Shown: piece by piece, positions 25,648 to 34,031 of the stretch
How positions within the stretch are numbered: position 1 is the first letter of the stretch
Layout: every line of letters begins with the position of its first letter
Assembly: GCA_963739025.1 (NCBI GenBank)
Contig: CAVTYS010000007.1
Coordinates: 92,467 to 156,466, forward strand
Direction: 5' to 3'
DNA length: 64,000 nt
Source of the DNA: an uncultured Actinomycetota bacterium
Lineage (GTDB): Bacteria; Actinomycetota; Actinomycetes; Streptosporangiales; Streptosporangiaceae
The notes under the pieces: model-generated
What the model saw: the letters and a program-made list of their open reading frames with translations, nothing else
The model's database searches: none
Told to the model about the DNA's origin: nothing
Program-made: the position numbers and the translations under genes

Positions 25648-27711
25648 CCAGAGGGCGTCGAGTGTCGCGTCGATCTGCGCGGTTAGCAGGCCAGCCCGGA
25701 CCAGAACGGGGGTGTTCGGGCTGGCCTCAATCGTGACGCAGGCAGCGATCGCGGCGGCGTCGAGGAACCTGGTGATCTGACCGAGGCTGTGCCGGTCGTC
25801 CCGGCCTGTGCGGTGATGATGCAGCCGGAGCGGTGCGTACAGATAGAGCTCATCACGGGCCCTGGTCACGGCCACGTAGAACAGGCGGCGTTCCTCGTCG
25901 AGGCCGACCCGGCTAGCGAGGGCCATGTCGCTCGGCACCGCGCCGTCGACCAGGTGCGGCAGATGGACGATTGACCACTCCAGGCCCTTCGCCGAGTGAA
26001 CGGTGGAGATGACCAGGTAATCCTCGTCCAGCCTCGGCGGGCCTGCCAGGTCGGAGGCCGAGACCGGCGGGTCGAGTGCGAGTTCCACGAGCGCGTCGTG
26101 CAAAGACGGGCGGGTCGCTGCCGCGTCGGTCAGCCGCTGCAGGTCCGCGATCCTGGCGTCGGCGTCGGGATACCTGGCCCTGAGCGGCCGGTCGAGTGCG
26201 GCGAGGACGGCCGCGGCCTGTGCCGCGGTCCCGGCGAGCAGGGCGGCCCCGGCGAGGCCGTGCAGCGTGGCCGCGAGCTCTTCCCTGGACCTGGCGGGTG
26301 CCGCGGCGACGGCCTCGTTGCTCCGGCTAAGGGCCGCGGGCTCAGTCAGCTGCAGGGCGGCGCTGATCCGCCTGGCGTGCGCTGGCCCGATTCCGTCGTG
26401 CAGCCTGAGCACCCGGAACCAGGCTATGTCGTCAGCCGGGTTCGTGATCACCCTGAGCGCGGCGAGGAGGTCGCGGACGTGGGCCGCCTCGGTGAAGCGC
26501 AGCCCGCCGTACTTGAGGTACGGGATACCGCGGGCCGCGAGCTCGATCTCCAGCACGTCGCTGTGATGCGCGGAGCGGACAAGGACGGCCTGGTCACGCA
26601 GGTCGGTACCGCACTCGCGGGCTTCGAGCACACGGGCACAGATCTGCGTCGCCTGCGTGGCCTCGTCGTAACACCGGACGAGATTCGGTTGCGAGCCGGC
26701 AGTCCGGATCGCGGTTAGTTCAAGCTCAAGACCCGGTGACTGGGGACGGACCACATTGGCGAGCCGCAGCACCGCCTGCCTGCTCCGGTAGTTCCTGGAC
26801 AGCCGCACGACCGCGAGGCCGGGAAAGTCGGCCTGCAGGCGGCGCAGGTGCTCAGGGTCGGACCCGCGGAAGCTGTAGATGGCCTGAGCGTCGTCGCCGA
26901 CGCAGGTCAGCCCCGAGCCATCGGGCCGCAGCAGCCGCACGATGTCGGCCTGGACCGCGTTGACGTCCTGGTACTCGTCGACCAGGACCGCGTCGAACAT
27001 GCCGCGCAGCACCGGCCCTGCCGCGCTATCGGCCAGCGCGGCGCGCCAGAGCAGCAGCAGGTCGTCGAAGTCGACCAGCCCGTGGCCGCGTTTGCGCGCG
27101 ACGTATGCCCGGAACATGTCCGACAGCTGGCCGGTGAAATGGGCGCACCAGGGAAACCCGGCTTTGACCACGTCAGCCACCGTCTGCTGAGTGTTCACGC
27201 ACCTGGTGTAGATGTCGGCGCAGACCGCGGCTCTGGGCGTCCGCCGCTCGGTGCTGACCAGCCCGTGGTTCCCGCGGAGCACGTCGAACAGGTCGGTGAC
27301 GTCGCCGGGATCGATGACGGTGAACCGCGGCGGCAGCGCGAACGCCTCGGCGTGCTGGCGGATGATCCGGTGCGCGATGGAGTGGAAGGTGCCGCCTCTG
27401 ATCTGGCCTGCCGCCGCGTTCTGGCCGGCCGATGCGGGACTCGTTCCTGGGGGAGCGGAAAGCCTCGACAGCATCTCCTCAGCGGCACGGCGGGTGAACG
27501 TCAGCAGCAGGATCCTCGCCGGGTCCATGCCCTGGTCGCGCAGCCACCCAGCTCGCGCCGCCAGCGTCCTGGTCTTCCCCGTCCCCGCCCCGGCGAGCAC
27601 GAGCAACGGCCCGGTCGGCCACGTCACGGCCTGCCGCTGTTCTTCGTCAAGACCTTCGAGTACCGCGCCCGATTCGAACACGACGACGAATGTAGCGGTA
27701 CCCGCTGACAA
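25639..27711 (-). CDS. UvrD/Rep-family ATP-dependent DNA helicase
   Basis: Walker A AGAGTGKTRTL, VLVDEYQD and later helicase motifs (VHSAKGLEW, YVAVTRAR). Confidence 0.9.
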   Translation of the reverse strand: MSAGTATFVVVFESGAVLEGLDEEQRQAVTWPTGPLLVLAGAGTGKTRTLAARAGWLRDQGMDPARILLLTFTRRAAEEMLSRLSAPPGTSPASAGQNAAAGQIRGGTFHSIAHRIIRQHAEAFALPPRFTVIDPGDVTDLFDVLRGNHGLVSTERRTPRAAVCADIYTRCVNTQQTVADVVKAGFPWCAHFTGQLSDMFRAYVARKRGHGLVDFDDLLLLWRAALADSAAGPVLRGMFDAVLVDEYQDVNAVQADIVRLLRPDGSGLTCVGDDAQAIYSFRGSDPEHLRRLQADFPGLAVVRLSRNYRSRQAVLRLANVVRPQSPGLELELTAIRTAGSQPNLVRCYDEATQATQICARVLEARECGTDLRDQAVLVRSAHHSDVLEIELAARGIPYLKYGGLRFTEAAHVRDLLAALRVITNPADDIAWFRVLRLHDGIGPAHARRISAALQLTEPAALSRSNEAVAAAPARSREELAATLHGLAGAALLAGTAAQAAAVLAALDRPLRARYPDADARIADLQRLTDAAATRPSLHDALVELALDPPVSASDLAGPPRLDEDYLVISTVHSAKGLEWSIVHLPHLVDGAVPSDMALASRVGLDEERRLFYVAVTRARDELYLYAPLRLHHHRTGRDDRHSLGQITRFLDAAAIAACVTIEASPNTPVLVRAGLLTAQIDATLDALWSG

Positions 27712-27764
27712 CGCTGTCCGCGGCGACGAAGGCGCCCTGGCTTACGTCGGCGCGGCCGGGGCGG

Positions 27765-28967
27765 CTAGCGCACTTTCCTTCCTTCCGTGTAGACCGCACG
27801 GATGTTCGCCTTCAAGCTCGCGAGGTCGAACGGGTCTCCCGCCAGCAGAACCAAGTCGGCGCGCTTACCTGGCATGATCGTTCCAGTCTCGTCGCCGAGC
27901 CCCAGCAGCTCGGCGGCCGACTGCGTCGTCGCTGTCAGCACCTCCGCAGGTGTCATCCCGCCGGCGGCCATCAGCGGAAGCTCGTCAAGGTTGCTGCCGT
28001 GCGGCCCGACTCCGCTGTCCGTGCCCATGGCGATCTTGACTCCGGCGGCTGCCGCGCGTGCGAACGCGCTGGCATGCGCGGCGATCACCTCCTGAGCCTT
28101 CGCCGCCACGCCGTCAGGCAGCTGGCTGCCCGCCCTCGCCGCGTTCAGCACGGCGTGCGGCGCCACCAGGGTCGGGACTAGCCAGGCTCCGGCACTGAGC
28201 ATCATCTCGATGGCCTCGTCGTCGAGGTAGATCCCATGCTCGATGGACCTGACCCCGGCCCGCAGCGCGTTCTTGATGCCGTCGGTTGCCTGCGCGTGCG
28301 CCATTACCGGCAGGCCGGCCGCGGCCGCCTCGGCCACCAGCGCGGCGAGTTCGTCTGGCCGGAACTGCGCATGCTTCGGGTTGTCGCGTGGCGACAGCAC
28401 GCCGCCCGACGTGTGCACCTTGATGACGTTGGCGCCGGCCCTGATGATCTCGCGCACCCGCTTGCGCAGCTCCTCTGGCCCGTCGACCAAGCCGGGTGGG
28501 CGCCCTGGGTGCGGCGACAAGAGGAATGTCGTTACTCCGGAGGGGAGCCAGCCATCGCCGTGGCCACCCGTCTGGCTCAGCGCGCTGATCGAGATCTGCA
28601 TCCGCGGCCCTTCGAGAAGGCCGTCTTCAACGGCGCGCTGCACGCCGAGGTCGGCACCAGCCGCATCGCGCACCGTCGTGATGCCGCAATCGAGCGTTGC
28701 CGCGAGGTTCAGCGCTGCCTGGAAGAACTGATATGAGAACGGCCTGTGCAGCCGGCGCACCAGGTCGATCCCTGACACCATCACGTGCACGTGGCAATCG
28801 AAGAAGCCCGGCAGCACTGTCAGGCCGCGAACGTCGACCTGCTCATCCCCGTCAAGTCCGACTCCGACGTCGATGATCTTCCCCGCAGAGATCACGACGT
28901 CCGCGTCGGCGATAGCGCTGCCTGTCCCGTCAAATACTCGCCCGCCGGTCAGGACTGTCCTCGCCAT
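27765..28967 (-). CDS. Amidohydrolase-family metallohydrolase
   Basis: GGAGG RBS before the ATG at 28967. FFDCHVHV metal motif and a later HAQA/IEHG His pattern. Confidence 0.85.
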   Translation of the reverse strand: MARTVLTGGRVFDGTGSAIADADVVISAGKIIDVGVGLDGDEQVDVRGLTVLPGFFDCHVHVMVSGIDLVRRLHRPFSYQFFQAALNLAATLDCGITTVRDAAGADLGVQRAVEDGLLEGPRMQISISALSQTGGHGDGWLPSGVTTFLLSPHPGRPPGLVDGPEELRKRVREIIRAGANVIKVHTSGGVLSPRDNPKHAQFRPDELAALVAEAAAAGLPVMAHAQATDGIKNALRAGVRSIEHGIYLDDEAIEMMLSAGAWLVPTLVAPHAVLNAARAGSQLPDGVAAKAQEVIAAHASAFARAAAAGVKIAMGTDSGVGPHGSNLDELPLMAAGGMTPAEVLTATTQSAAELLGLGDETGTIMPGKRADLVLLAGDPFDLASLKANIRAVYTEGRKVR

Positions 28968-29211
28968 GTGCCGCCTCCGTGACTGTCTTGGTAACCGTGT
29001 TGTTAGCTCGGCCTGCGTGTGCTTCGGGCTCAATGCCATCATTGTGCATTTTGTGCACTGGCCTCTCGTCGGCGGCTCGGGCATCAGCCGGTGCGCCCGT
29101 CGCGGCAGCTGGTGCACGTGCGTCACAGTGCTCGTCACACCTGGAGCTTCAGACTGCCCACGCCACAAGATTCCCGGCCTCCGCTACGCAAACGCACGAG
29201 GGAGCGAACCC

Positions 29212-29472
29212 ATGAGCAGCTGCACTGAAACCGACCCGCGCAACGACCATGGCGGCATCGCGGCCGTCCCCGACGCCGATGCCGCGGCCACGTCCCGTGT
29301 CATCGCCACGCTCCGCCGGCAGCTCAGGCATCAGGACATCCTGAAGCACCCGGCTGTCAGCCGGGAGTTACGTAAGCTCGAGGAGCAGCTGACTGCCCAG
29401 CTGACCGAGACCGGGCAGGCCAGCGGGCGGCACCGGGTGGCTGGTCTGCCTGACAGGGATGGTGGGTGGTGA
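29212..29472 (+). CDS. Hypothetical small protein
   Basis: GAGGGAG RBS, ATG at 29212 and high GC3. No recognisable domain. Confidence 0.45.
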   Translation: MSSCTETDPRNDHGGIAAVPDADAAATSRVIATLRRQLRHQDILKHPAVSRELRKLEEQLTAQLTETGQASGRHRVAGLPDRDGGW

Positions 29473-29492
29473 GATTCTAGTTCAGCGAACTT

Positions 29493-29729
29493 CTATCCAG
29501 CACAAAAGGCGGCCAGGTCGCGCGCGGTATCGCGGCTGATCTCCGGGCAGGCGATCGTGAAGATCTCGGTGCCGTGCATGGTGCCCATCACTTGCCTGGC
29601 CCGGGCCGGGACACCGGCTTGCAGCAGCAGCCGATAGAAGTTAAGGCCTTCGTCCCGCAGCGGATCGCACTCGTTGACGCTGATCACCGTCGTCGTCACT
29701 ACCCGGGCCAAAGCGCTCACCTCGGCCAC
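29493..29729 (-). pseudogene. C-terminal fragment of an alpha/beta-hydrolase-fold-3 esterase
   Basis: VISVNECDPLRDEGLNFYRLLLQAGVPARARQVMGTMHGTEIF corresponds only to the last ~70 residues of this family (Asp and His of the triad). No N-terminal half is present. Confidence 0.65.
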
Positions 29730-29733
29730 CCCA

Positions 29734-29979
29734 GGCGACTACGTCCCAGGCTCCGCCCACGTCAGGGTCTACCTGATCACCATGCGCGGCAACTTCACCG
29801 CCACACTCGCCAGCAGGCCGCCAGGGGCGAAAGCGCCGACCGGCCGTTACCTGTCCCTGGTCATCGATGCCAAGACGTTCCGCGGCCCAGACTCCGGCAT
29901 CAGCCCCGAGCCGCCACCAGTCCCGCCCGCCAGCCTCGGCCCCTTCACCTACCTGCACCTACCTGGCAGCCAGCGCTGA
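29734..29979 (+). pseudogene. C-terminal fragment of a conserved actinobacterial hypothetical protein
   Basis: ...VYLITMRGNFTA...PPGAKAPTGRYLSLVIDAKTF...LGPFTYL. No plausible start; it abuts the esterase fragment head-to-head. Confidence 0.45.
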
Positions 29980-29987
29980 CCTGCTTG

Positions 29988-31514
29988 TCAGCGTTCCGGC
30001 CCGGCGCTGCGCATGAGCGTGACGACGTTGGCCAGCGCCTGGTCGTCGCCGACATTGCCGGGGAACACCACGTACGGTATGCCGACTGCCTCTGGCCAGG
30101 CGTCGGCGGGGCGGAACACCGAGATCAGGCCGGGGAACAGCTGGCCGGCAACTTCAGCCCGCCGGATGCCCAGGCCTTGCACCGCGACGTCGTGCGAGGT
30201 GATACCGCCTTTGGCGATGATCCAGGCCAGCTCGCCGGCCAGTGCCAGGCGCGCCACTCCGGCCAGCGCACCGGACACCGCCCGGGCGATGGCCAGGTCA
30301 TCCTGCTCCGCGCTACCCCTGACCGCGCTACCCCTGATCATGGCGCGGCTGGTGCAGAGCACGACGTCCGACGCCCTCAGCCCCCGGACAACACGCTCCG
30401 CTGTCGCTGCGACCACACCGGGCGCGTCACGCAGGACGGCCTCGGCGTCCAGCTCGACGGGTTGCAGCCGACCAGCAGCCAGCAGCGCGTCGAGCTGCCG
30501 GTTCGTCTGAGCCACGTGGGACCCGACGACGATCAGCCCATGACTGCCGGACGAGCCGCGCGCAGGAGCGGGCGCGAGGTCCTGGCCACGCAGCGGCGGC
30601 CTCGGATCGAGGCCGCTCAGCGCGCGCACGAACGACGGCCCGGTGCGGAACAGGAAGGATTGCCCGGCGCGCTCGGCGAGGAGCACCGCGCAGGCCACCG
30701 CTTCCAGGTCGGAGTAGCCGGCCGCGTTCACGACCACCCATGCGCCGTTGCTAACCCCGGCCAGCACCGACCGGATCCGCGACACCCCACCGCTCCTGAT
30801 GTCGTCCAGGCTGATGCTCGCGACATCTCCTGGCCTGATCGCCCCGCCGCTCTTCGCTGCCAGGAATTGAGGCAGATCGGATTCCGCATAGCCGAACACC
30901 CGGTCCCGCGCGAACTCGGTCTCGCCCACCGGCACCATGCCTTCGCCGGTGCGCGCCCAGTGGATGTTACCGACCGTCAGCCGGCCAGCCTCAATGAACG
31001 CCGGAACGAACAGCACGGCGTCAGGGCCGCGGCCAGTTGCGGACCGCAGCACGCCGGCCAGCGCGGCCACCTCGGCGATCACATGCCCGCGCAGCGTCGA
31101 ATCGCTGCGGCTGATCAGGTCGATCGGCGCGCCGCGCCGCCCGGCGACCGCCAGCAAGCCCCGGGCGGCGCGAACGCTCAGGCCGGCCGCTTGCTGTTCG
31201 GGCAGGCTGCGGGAGTTCGTCAGCACGAAGCACACTCCCGCTCCGCCGGCCCCGGCCCGGGCCGCAGCCCCAGGCGCCGACGCGGCCGCTGAGGCAGCAG
31301 CGAACGCGTCTTCGTAGGCTGCCTCGTCCACGACGGTGACGACCTGCACGTCGTGCACGGCCTGGGAACCGGTCGGGTCGTCGTCGAGAATCCCGAGCAG
31401 CCGTGCCTCGTCTGCGCGCGCCTGGCGGATCGCCGTCCGCAGCGCGGGGTCGTCAGGCAGCGCAGCAGGCTGATCCGCGAGGAGCTCGGCAGCTGTGCGC
31501 GGCCTGTCCCGCAT
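29988..31514 (-). CDS. Four-carbon acid sugar kinase family protein (OtnK/DtnK-like, DUF1537)
   Basis: N-terminal ILDDDPTGSQ and C-terminal KGGITSHDV...PYVVFPGNVG. Carries an Ala-rich insertion. Confidence 0.75.
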   Translation of the reverse strand: MRDRPRTAAELLADQPAALPDDPALRTAIRQARADEARLLGILDDDPTGSQAVHDVQVVTVVDEAAYEDAFAAASAAASAPGAAARAGAGGAGVCFVLTNSRSLPEQQAAGLSVRAARGLLAVAGRRGAPIDLISRSDSTLRGHVIAEVAALAGVLRSATGRGPDAVLFVPAFIEAGRLTVGNIHWARTGEGMVPVGETEFARDRVFGYAESDLPQFLAAKSGGAIRPGDVASISLDDIRSGGVSRIRSVLAGVSNGAWVVVNAAGYSDLEAVACAVLLAERAGQSFLFRTGPSFVRALSGLDPRPPLRGQDLAPAPARGSSGSHGLIVVGSHVAQTNRQLDALLAAGRLQPVELDAEAVLRDAPGVVAATAERVVRGLRASDVVLCTSRAMIRGSAVRGSAEQDDLAIARAVSGALAGVARLALAGELAWIIAKGGITSHDVAVQGLGIRRAEVAGQLFPGLISVFRPADAWPEAVGIPYVVFPGNVGDDQALANVVTLMRSAGPER

Positions 31515-31619
31515 CTCGTTGAACCCTCCGGGGGCACGTCAGCGGTAGCCAGGGTCGGCCGCCGACCATCTACGATCACTGTAGCGACGTCCACAGGGGC
31601 CGGACGACAAGGAGAGACC

Positions 31620-32621
31620 GTGACGAACGTAGTTGTCACGGGGGGTGCTGGCTTCCTCGGAAGCCGCCTGGCCAGGGAACTCCTCGCGGCCGGCAGCCTG
31701 TCGGTTGACGGCGGTCCAGCCGTCCCGCTGTCCGCGCTGACCCTGATCGACCGCGCGCCCGTCCCCGCCGACCTCGACGCCGACCCGCGGGTAACTGCGG
31801 TCCGCGGCGATCTGCCCGACCTGCTCGATCCGGCACGCGGCGGACCTGGGCAGCTAGCCGATGCCGACGTGATTTTCCACCTCGCGGCCGCCGTGAGCGC
31901 GGAATGCGAGGCCGACTTCGACCTCGGCATGCGAGCGAACCTGCGCGCGACCGAGCACGTGCTCGCGAGCTGCCGCAAGGCAGGCACCAGCCCCGTCGTC
32001 GTCTTCTCCAGCTCGGTCGCCGCCTTCGGCGGCAGCGACGACCACCCGCTGCCCGCGGTCGTCGACGATCAGACGATGCCGAACCCGCAGTCCAGCTACG
32101 GCATCCAGAAGATGATCGGGGAGCAGCTTGTCGCCGACTACACCCGCAAGGGCTACCTGCGGGGCCGGACGGTGCGGCTGATGACGGTCGTCGTCCGCCC
32201 TGGCAAACCCAACGCCGCCGCATCGGGCTTCCTGTCTTCCATCGTCCGTGAGCCGCTCCAGGGCCAGCGGGCGGTCTGCCCGGTCAGCTCGCGAACGCAG
32301 GTCGCCCTCGCCTCTCCGGCCAGGGCCATCGAAGGCCTGCTGTGCGCGGCGGCCGCATCGGGACTGGACTGGGGCGGCCGCACCGCCGTCAACCTGCCCG
32401 CGCTGACTGTGACCGTCGCGGAGATGGTCGCGGCCCTCGAACGCGTCGCCGGCCGGGATGCCGCTGCGCTGATCGACTGGGAACCCGATCCGGCGATCGC
32501 GAAGATCGTCACGAGCTGGCCGGCCGCGATCCGCGCCGACCGCGCCGCGCGGCTCGGCCTCGCCCCGGACCCCGACTTCGATTCCGTGCTCGCGCTGCAC
32601 CTCGCCGAGGCCGCCGGCTGA
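31620..32621 (+). CDS. NAD-dependent epimerase/dehydratase family, D-erythronate dehydrogenase (DenD)-like
   Basis: AAGGAGAG RBS and GTG at 31620. VTGGAGFLGS, YGIQK and VRPGKPNAAASGFLSSIVREPL. Confidence 0.7.
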   Translation: MTNVVVTGGAGFLGSRLARELLAAGSLSVDGGPAVPLSALTLIDRAPVPADLDADPRVTAVRGDLPDLLDPARGGPGQLADADVIFHLAAAVSAECEADFDLGMRANLRATEHVLASCRKAGTSPVVVFSSSVAAFGGSDDHPLPAVVDDQTMPNPQSSYGIQKMIGEQLVADYTRKGYLRGRTVRLMTVVVRPGKPNAAASGFLSSIVREPLQGQRAVCPVSSRTQVALASPARAIEGLLCAAAASGLDWGGRTAVNLPALTVTVAEMVAALERVAGRDAAALIDWEPDPAIAKIVTSWPAAIRADRAARLGLAPDPDFDSVLALHLAEAAG

Positions 32622-32693
32622 TCTGTCACCCATAGCGGCAAGGAAGTTCATTCATAACGCAACCCTGACCGCCGGACGCCCACGCCAGGCTGG

Positions 32694-33095
32694 TTGGATA
32701 CGACCGTGGCTGAGGTAACGGAACTGCGGGTCACGCTCACGGTCGACGACTTCGACCAGGCGCTGGCCTTCTATCGCGACGCACTCGGACTCCAGCAGCG
32801 CGCCGACTGGAGCACCGACGATGGCCGGGTAGTGGTCCTCGAAGCGGGCAAGGCGACCCTCGAGCTCTTCGATCACGCCCAGGCGGCGGCCGTCGACGCG
32901 ATCGAGGCCGGACGCCGGGTCTCTGGCCCGGTCCGCCTCGCGCTCCAGGTGGCCGACAGCACGGACAAAGCGGGGCAGCTGGTCGCCGCGGGAGCTGACG
33001 AGGTCGCGCCGCCTGTGACGACTCCCTGGGGCGACCACAACGCCCGCGTCCGGGCGCCGGACGGCATGCAGCTGACGCTGTTCACGGTCGCCTGA
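32694..33095 (+). CDS. VOC/glyoxalase-family protein
   Basis: VDDFDQALAFYRDALGL...VRAPDGMQLTLF. Confidence 0.8.
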   Translation: MDTTVAEVTELRVTLTVDDFDQALAFYRDALGLQQRADWSTDDGRVVVLEAGKATLELFDHAQAAAVDAIEAGRRVSGPVRLALQVADSTDKAGQLVAAGADEVAPPVTTPWGDHNARVRAPDGMQLTLFTVA

Positions 33096-33164
33096 ATGAC
33101 CGCGGATGGCAGAACCACTGGGTATGACGTCCGGTAAGACCAGCGAGCGGTGAGGGAGCGCGCG

Positions 33165-33965
33165 ATGTCACAACCCGGCGGACCAGTACTTTTCGTGCAC
33201 GGCCTGTGGCTGCACCCGACGTCCTGGGGGCCGTGGGAGGACTTCTTCCGTGACGCGGGCCACTCGCCGGTCGCGCCGGGCTGGCCGGGAGTCTCCGAGA
33301 CCGTAGAAGAGACCAGGCGTAACCCCGACAAGGTGGCTGGCAAAGGAATCGAGGATGTCGTCCAGCACTACGCGCGGATCATCCGCGACCTGGACAGCCA
33401 GCCGGTCGTCATCGGCCACTCCTTCGGCGGCCTGATCGCCCAGCGGCTGCTCGGGCAGTCGCTGGCCGCAGCGGCGGTGGCGATTGACGCGGCGCCGATC
33501 AAGGGCGTGCTGAAACTTCCGCCCTCGGCCCTCAAGGTTGCCTCGATCGCGCTGCGCAAGCCCGCGAACCGGCGGCAGGCCGTGGCCCTGACTGCGGATC
33601 AGTTCAGGTACGGCTTCGGCAACGCCATACCGGAGCCGGAGTCTGGCGAGCTCTTCGACCGCTGGACTGTCCCGTCGCCTGGGCGGCCGCTGTTCGAGGC
33701 GGCGCTCGCGAACTTCACGCCAGGCTCGCCCGCGAAGGTCAACACCCGCAACAAGGACCGCGGCCCGCTGCTGCTGATCGCGGGCGGCCAGGATCACACC
33801 GTGCCCGCCGCGATCACCACCTCGACGCGCAAGCTCTACCACAAGTCCCCTGCGATCACCGACCTCAAGGAGTTCGAGGATCGCGGTCACACGCTGGCCA
33901 TCGACCACGGCTGGGAGGACGTCGCCCAGTACGCACTGGACTGGCTGAGGCAACGGTCGTTGTAA
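33165..33965 (+). CDS. Alpha/beta hydrolase
   Basis: GAGGGAG RBS, LFVHGLW and the nucleophile elbow GHSFGG. Confidence 0.85.
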   Translation: MSQPGGPVLFVHGLWLHPTSWGPWEDFFRDAGHSPVAPGWPGVSETVEETRRNPDKVAGKGIEDVVQHYARIIRDLDSQPVVIGHSFGGLIAQRLLGQSLAAAAVAIDAAPIKGVLKLPPSALKVASIALRKPANRRQAVALTADQFRYGFGNAIPEPESGELFDRWTVPSPGRPLFEAALANFTPGSPAKVNTRNKDRGPLLLIAGGQDHTVPAAITTSTRKLYHKSPAITDLKEFEDRGHTLAIDHGWEDVAQYALDWLRQRSL

Positions 33966-33973
33966 CCCAACAG

Positions 33974-34027
33974 CAGCAGTGATGAACCCCTGCTGGTGCC
34001 CGGGCACCGGCAGGGGTTCATTGCTGC
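33974..34027. terminator. Long bidirectional hairpin between convergent genes
   Basis: ATGAACCCCTGC (33982-33993) pairs with GCAGGGGTTCAT (34010-34021). Inner GGTGCC/GGCACC palindrome and outer CAGCAG/CTGC extension. Confidence 0.7.
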
Positions 34028-34031
34028 GTGG

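Noticed and set aside
25639-27711. UvrD helicase as part of a defence system (Gabija/other)
   Set aside because: There is no adjacent nuclease, ATPase or other partner. The neighbours are an oxidase and an amidohydrolase, so it looks like a housekeeping-type helicase paralogue.
29035-29135. Repeated GTGCAC-containing words (TGTGCATTTTGTGCAC ... GGTGCACGTGCGTCAC) as an operator in the divergent region
   Set aside because: There is no consistent inverted or direct repeat geometry beyond the 6-bp palindrome, so evidence is insufficient.
29455-29510. TGGTGGGTGGTGAGATTC... resembling the reverse complement of a tRNA 3' end (a possible second att core)
   Set aside because: No T-arm complementarity exists. 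It is simply the ...DRDGGW* coding end of the small ORF.
29574-31292. 572-aa plus-strand ORF
   Set aside because: It is antisense to the four-carbon acid sugar kinase gene, which has clear family motifs.
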